Of a DNA stretch of 40,682 bases, positions 38,235-40,682 are shown piece by piece. The notes under the pieces were generated by a model. The model was not told where the DNA came from, ran no database searches, and saw only the letters and a list, made by a program, of their open reading frames with translations. A program made the position numbers and the translations under genes. Within the stretch, counting starts at the first letter, position 1, and each line of letters opens with the position of its first letter. The DNA is taken from contig JBGAPN010000001.1 in NCBI GenBank assembly GCA_044221235.1, positions 1 through 40,682 of the forward strand, read 5' to 3'. This DNA is from Limisphaerales bacterium. Lineage in GTDB: Bacteria; Verrucomicrobiota; Verrucomicrobiia; Limisphaerales; UBA9464.

Positions 38235-40682
38235 ATGCTCCACGATCCGGGAAGGTTCCGCCCGACATTAGCTCTCGTCCCGCAGGCAATTCCCTGGGTC
38301 CGCAGGGGGTGTTGGATGGTGACCGGACTGGTCTCGCTGTGGATCGGATTCCTCCGCGCTGATCCGATCATCAGCGAATTCATGGCCCGCAATATCACGA
38401 CGGTGCCGGACAGCAAGGCGGCTGCCGTCGACTGGATTGAGATCTACAATCCGGGTCCCGATCCGGTGGATCTCGGGGGATGGTACCTGACCGATTCCGC
38501 CACCAACCTCACCCGGTGGATGTTTCCATCGCAGACCCTGTCTGCCGACGGTTATCTACTCGTCTACGCGTCCGGCAAGAACGTCACCACTGCCGGGCTG
38601 ACCTTACATACCAACTTCAAGCTCCGGAGTTCCGGAGGGTATCTGGCCCTGGTTCAACCCGACGGGGTCACCCTTGCAACCGAATTCAGCAATTATCCGG
38701 CCCAGTTCGGCGACGTTTCGTTTGGACGAAATCCAGCGGAACCCGGCAGCCCCGGCGTGTACTACTCGCCGTCCACTCCCCGATCGACCAACGGCACCGG
38801 TTATTCCGGTCTTTCCGGAACGGTCTCCTTCTCTCGGGCCGGCGGGCTTTTTCTGACCCCGTTCAGTCTCGATCTCGCCACGTCAGAGCCCGGCGGGGAA
38901 ATCCGCTACACCCTGGACGGCACGTCCCCAACCGAAACGTCGACGCCGTACACAGCGCCTCTCACCATCGACCGGACGGTTCGGGTGCGGGCACGGGTCT
39001 TCGCTCCGGGACGGGCTCCAGGCCCCGTTGGGGCGACCGCCTTTACCTTGGTGGGCCCCACGGTCGTGAACCGTTCGTCCAACCTGCCGATCCTGGTGCT
39101 CGACACCTATGGCTCCGGAATCGTCGCTGACAGCAGGACCCGCGGATATATTACCGTTCTCGAACCGGGCGACGGACGGACCACGCTGCCTGGAACCGTC
39201 AACCTGCAAAGCCGGGCGACGTTCGAAGTCCGCGGCTCGAGTTCGGCTCAATTCCCGAAGCACTCCTTTGGACTGGAACTCCGCAATGAGGATGACTCCG
39301 ACCGTCACGCCGGCTTCCTCGGCCTGCCGCCGGAATCCGACTGGGTGCTGTATGCGCCGTACACCGACAAGACCCTGATACGCGATGTGCTGGCCTACGA
39401 ACTGAGCAATCGCATCGGCCGTTACGCACCCCGGACCCGGCTGGTTGAACTGTATGTGAATCGTTCCGGGACGCTCGACGCCACCGATTACCAGGGCGTC
39501 TACGTGGTCATCGAAAAGATCAAGGGCGGTCCCGACCGGGTCGACATCCACGAATTGGAATCCACCGATGTCCGCATGCCGGAGCTGGGGGGCGGATTCA
39601 TCCTCAAGAAGGATCGCGTCGACAGCAATGACTCCCCCTTTACGACCTCCCGGGGACAACAATTGGGCATTGAGTGGCCGCGCGCGAAGGAGCTCGGATC
39701 CCTTCAACTCAACGCCATCCGGCAGGCCATGAATTCCTTCGAATCGGCATTGTACGGAAGCCAGTATCGGGACCCGGTGCTGGGATACCAGGCCCACATC
39801 GATGCCGACTCCTTCGTCGACCACTGGTGGATGGTGGAGGTGGCCAAGAACATCGACGGGTTCCGCCTGAGCACCTTCCTGTTCAAGGACCAGGGAGGGA
39901 AGATCAACCTGGGGCCCATCTGGGACTACAACCTGACCTTCGGCAATGCGGACTATCTCGAAGGATGGAAGACCAATGGGTGGTATTGGACCCAGCTTGG
40001 CGGTTCCGATTACCCATGGTTCGCCCGCCTGTTTACGGACCCCGAATTCACCCAGCGCCACGCGGATCGATGGGTTTCGCTGCGGACCAATGTGCTGGCC
40101 ACATCGAACGTCCTAGCCGTGATCGACGGGCTGACCAACCAACTCTCGGAGGCCCAGGTGCGAAACTTCCAGAAATGGCCCTCGTTCGGCACCTACATCT
40201 GGCCCAACTGGTTCATCGGAAACAGCTACGCCGAGGAAATCGGATTCCTCAAGAGCTGGGTGACCGGCCGGCTGGCGTGGATCGATTCCACTCTCGTCCG
40301 CTGGCCCCAGATCAGTCCGGGTCCCGGCTACTATCCCGATGGGGTGACGGTGACGATCTCGTCCGCCAATCCCGTCTACTACACCATCGACGGTACGGAT
40401 CCCCGGGCCCCGGGGGGCGGGCTTTCCGCCTCGGCGAGAAACTATCTGACTCCGTTGCAGCTGACCGAGAGCGCCCGGGTGGTGGCTAGGGCGACTTCAG
40501 GCGTCCGCTGGAGCCCCCCGGTTTCGGCCTCCTTCGCCATCACCATCCCCTCATTGCGAATCTCGGAACTGATGTACAACCCCGTCGACGGCGGCGGCGC
40601 CTTCCCAGCCGAGGACTACGAGTTCCTGGAGATTCGGAACGTCGGGACGGACCCCGTGCCGCTGCCGGGCGTGACCGCCAGC
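38235..40682 (+). CDS. Second CotH kinase-family protein with N-terminal LTD (3' end beyond the window)
   Basis: Absent from the ORF track because it has no stop in the window. I translated frame 0 from 38235 to 40682 by hand and found no stop (816 codons). Possible starts are ATG 38235 or ATG 38316. The LTD is ISEFMARNITTVPDSKAAAVDWIEIYNPGPDPVDLGGWYLTD. The CHB_HEX_C-like block is GEIRYTLDGTSPTETS. The CotH core is RATFEVRGSSSAQFPKHSFGLELRNED..WVLYAPYTDKTLIRDVLAYELSNRIG..VELYVN..YQGVYVVIEKIK..FVDHWWMVEVAKNIDGFRLSTFLFKD. A second LTD begins at ~40556 (ISELMYNPVDGG..YEFLEIRN). Confidence 0.8.
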   Translation, partial: MLHDPGRFRPTLALVPQAIPWVRRGCWMVTGLVSLWIGFLRADPIISEFMARNITTVPDSKAAAVDWIEIYNPGPDPVDLGGWYLTDSATNLTRWMFPSQTLSADGYLLVYASGKNVTTAGLTLHTNFKLRSSGGYLALVQPDGVTLATEFSNYPAQFGDVSFGRNPAEPGSPGVYYSPSTPRSTNGTGYSGLSGTVSFSRAGGLFLTPFSLDLATSEPGGEIRYTLDGTSPTETSTPYTAPLTIDRTVRVRARVFAPGRAPGPVGATAFTLVGPTVVNRSSNLPILVLDTYGSGIVADSRTRGYITVLEPGDGRTTLPGTVNLQSRATFEVRGSSSAQFPKHSFGLELRNEDDSDRHAGFLGLPPESDWVLYAPYTDKTLIRDVLAYELSNRIGRYAPRTRLVELYVNRSGTLDATDYQGVYVVIEKIKGGPDRVDIHELESTDVRMPELGGGFILKKDRVDSNDSPFTTSRGQQLGIEWPRAKELGSLQLNAIRQAMNSFESALYGSQYRDPVLGYQAHIDADSFVDHWWMVEVAKNIDGFRLSTFLFKDQGGKINLGPIWDYNLTFGNADYLEGWKTNGWYWTQLGGSDYPWFARLFTDPEFTQRHADRWVSLRTNVLATSNVLAVIDGLTNQLSEAQVRNFQKWPSFGTYIWPNWFIGNSYAEEIGFLKSWVTGRLAWIDSTLVRWPQISPGPGYYPDGVTVTISSANPVYYTIDGTDPRAPGGGLSASARNYLTPLQLTESARVVARATSGVRWSPPVSASFAITIPSLRISELMYNPVDGGGAFPAEDYEFLEIRNVGTDPVPLPGVTAS

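Noticed and set aside
1-40682. Search for CRISPR arrays, IS elements, integrases, prophage or defence-system genes, toxin-antitoxin pairs, rRNA and tRNA genes
   Set aside because: I saw no regularly spaced direct repeats and no transposase, integrase, nuclease-helicase or phage structural motif in any frame. All sizeable ORFs are accounted for by the genes listed or by their antisense shadows.

Overview
This is a 40.7-kb, high-GC (roughly 60-65% by eye) bacterial chromosomal segment. Its gene content points to the PVC superphylum, most likely Verrucomicrobiota or Planctomycetota. This is inference only, as no search was run. The supporting genes are an ECF sigma factor coupled to a Ser/Thr kinase, a long-form GreA, tandem DUF1080 proteins, LTD/CotH and TSP3/PKD/LVIVD giant secreted proteins, an FGE-sulfatase-domain protein and a DUF3500 protein. 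I call 27 coding genes. Two are cut by the window edges and are therefore missing from the ORF track. The housekeeping genes are glyQS, dnaG, a greA-like gene and an rsmB broken by two single-base frameshifts. I saw no rRNA, intact tRNA, CRISPR array, transposase, integrase or recognisable defence or phage module. Many long ORFs in the track are antisense shadows typical of high-GC DNA. The most unusual sequence-level feature is a 694-bp gene-free spacer (22099-22792) between convergent genes. It has strongly pyrimidine-skewed flanks, a hairpin-dense balanced core that may be an ncRNA (or a small ORF), and an imperfect 112-bp-period duplication abutting the larE stop codon. Other points worth a second look:
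- the doubly frameshifted rsmB
- a serine-protease / beta-sandwich / SirB1-like fusion protein
- a pair of tail-anchored coiled-coil proteins
- a small membrane protein with 33-bp (11-residue) repeats
- two CotH-family paralogues

Nothing here amounts to a demonstrable novel multi-gene system, and interest scores are set accordingly. All family calls rest on motifs recognised by eye, not on HMM or BLAST searches.
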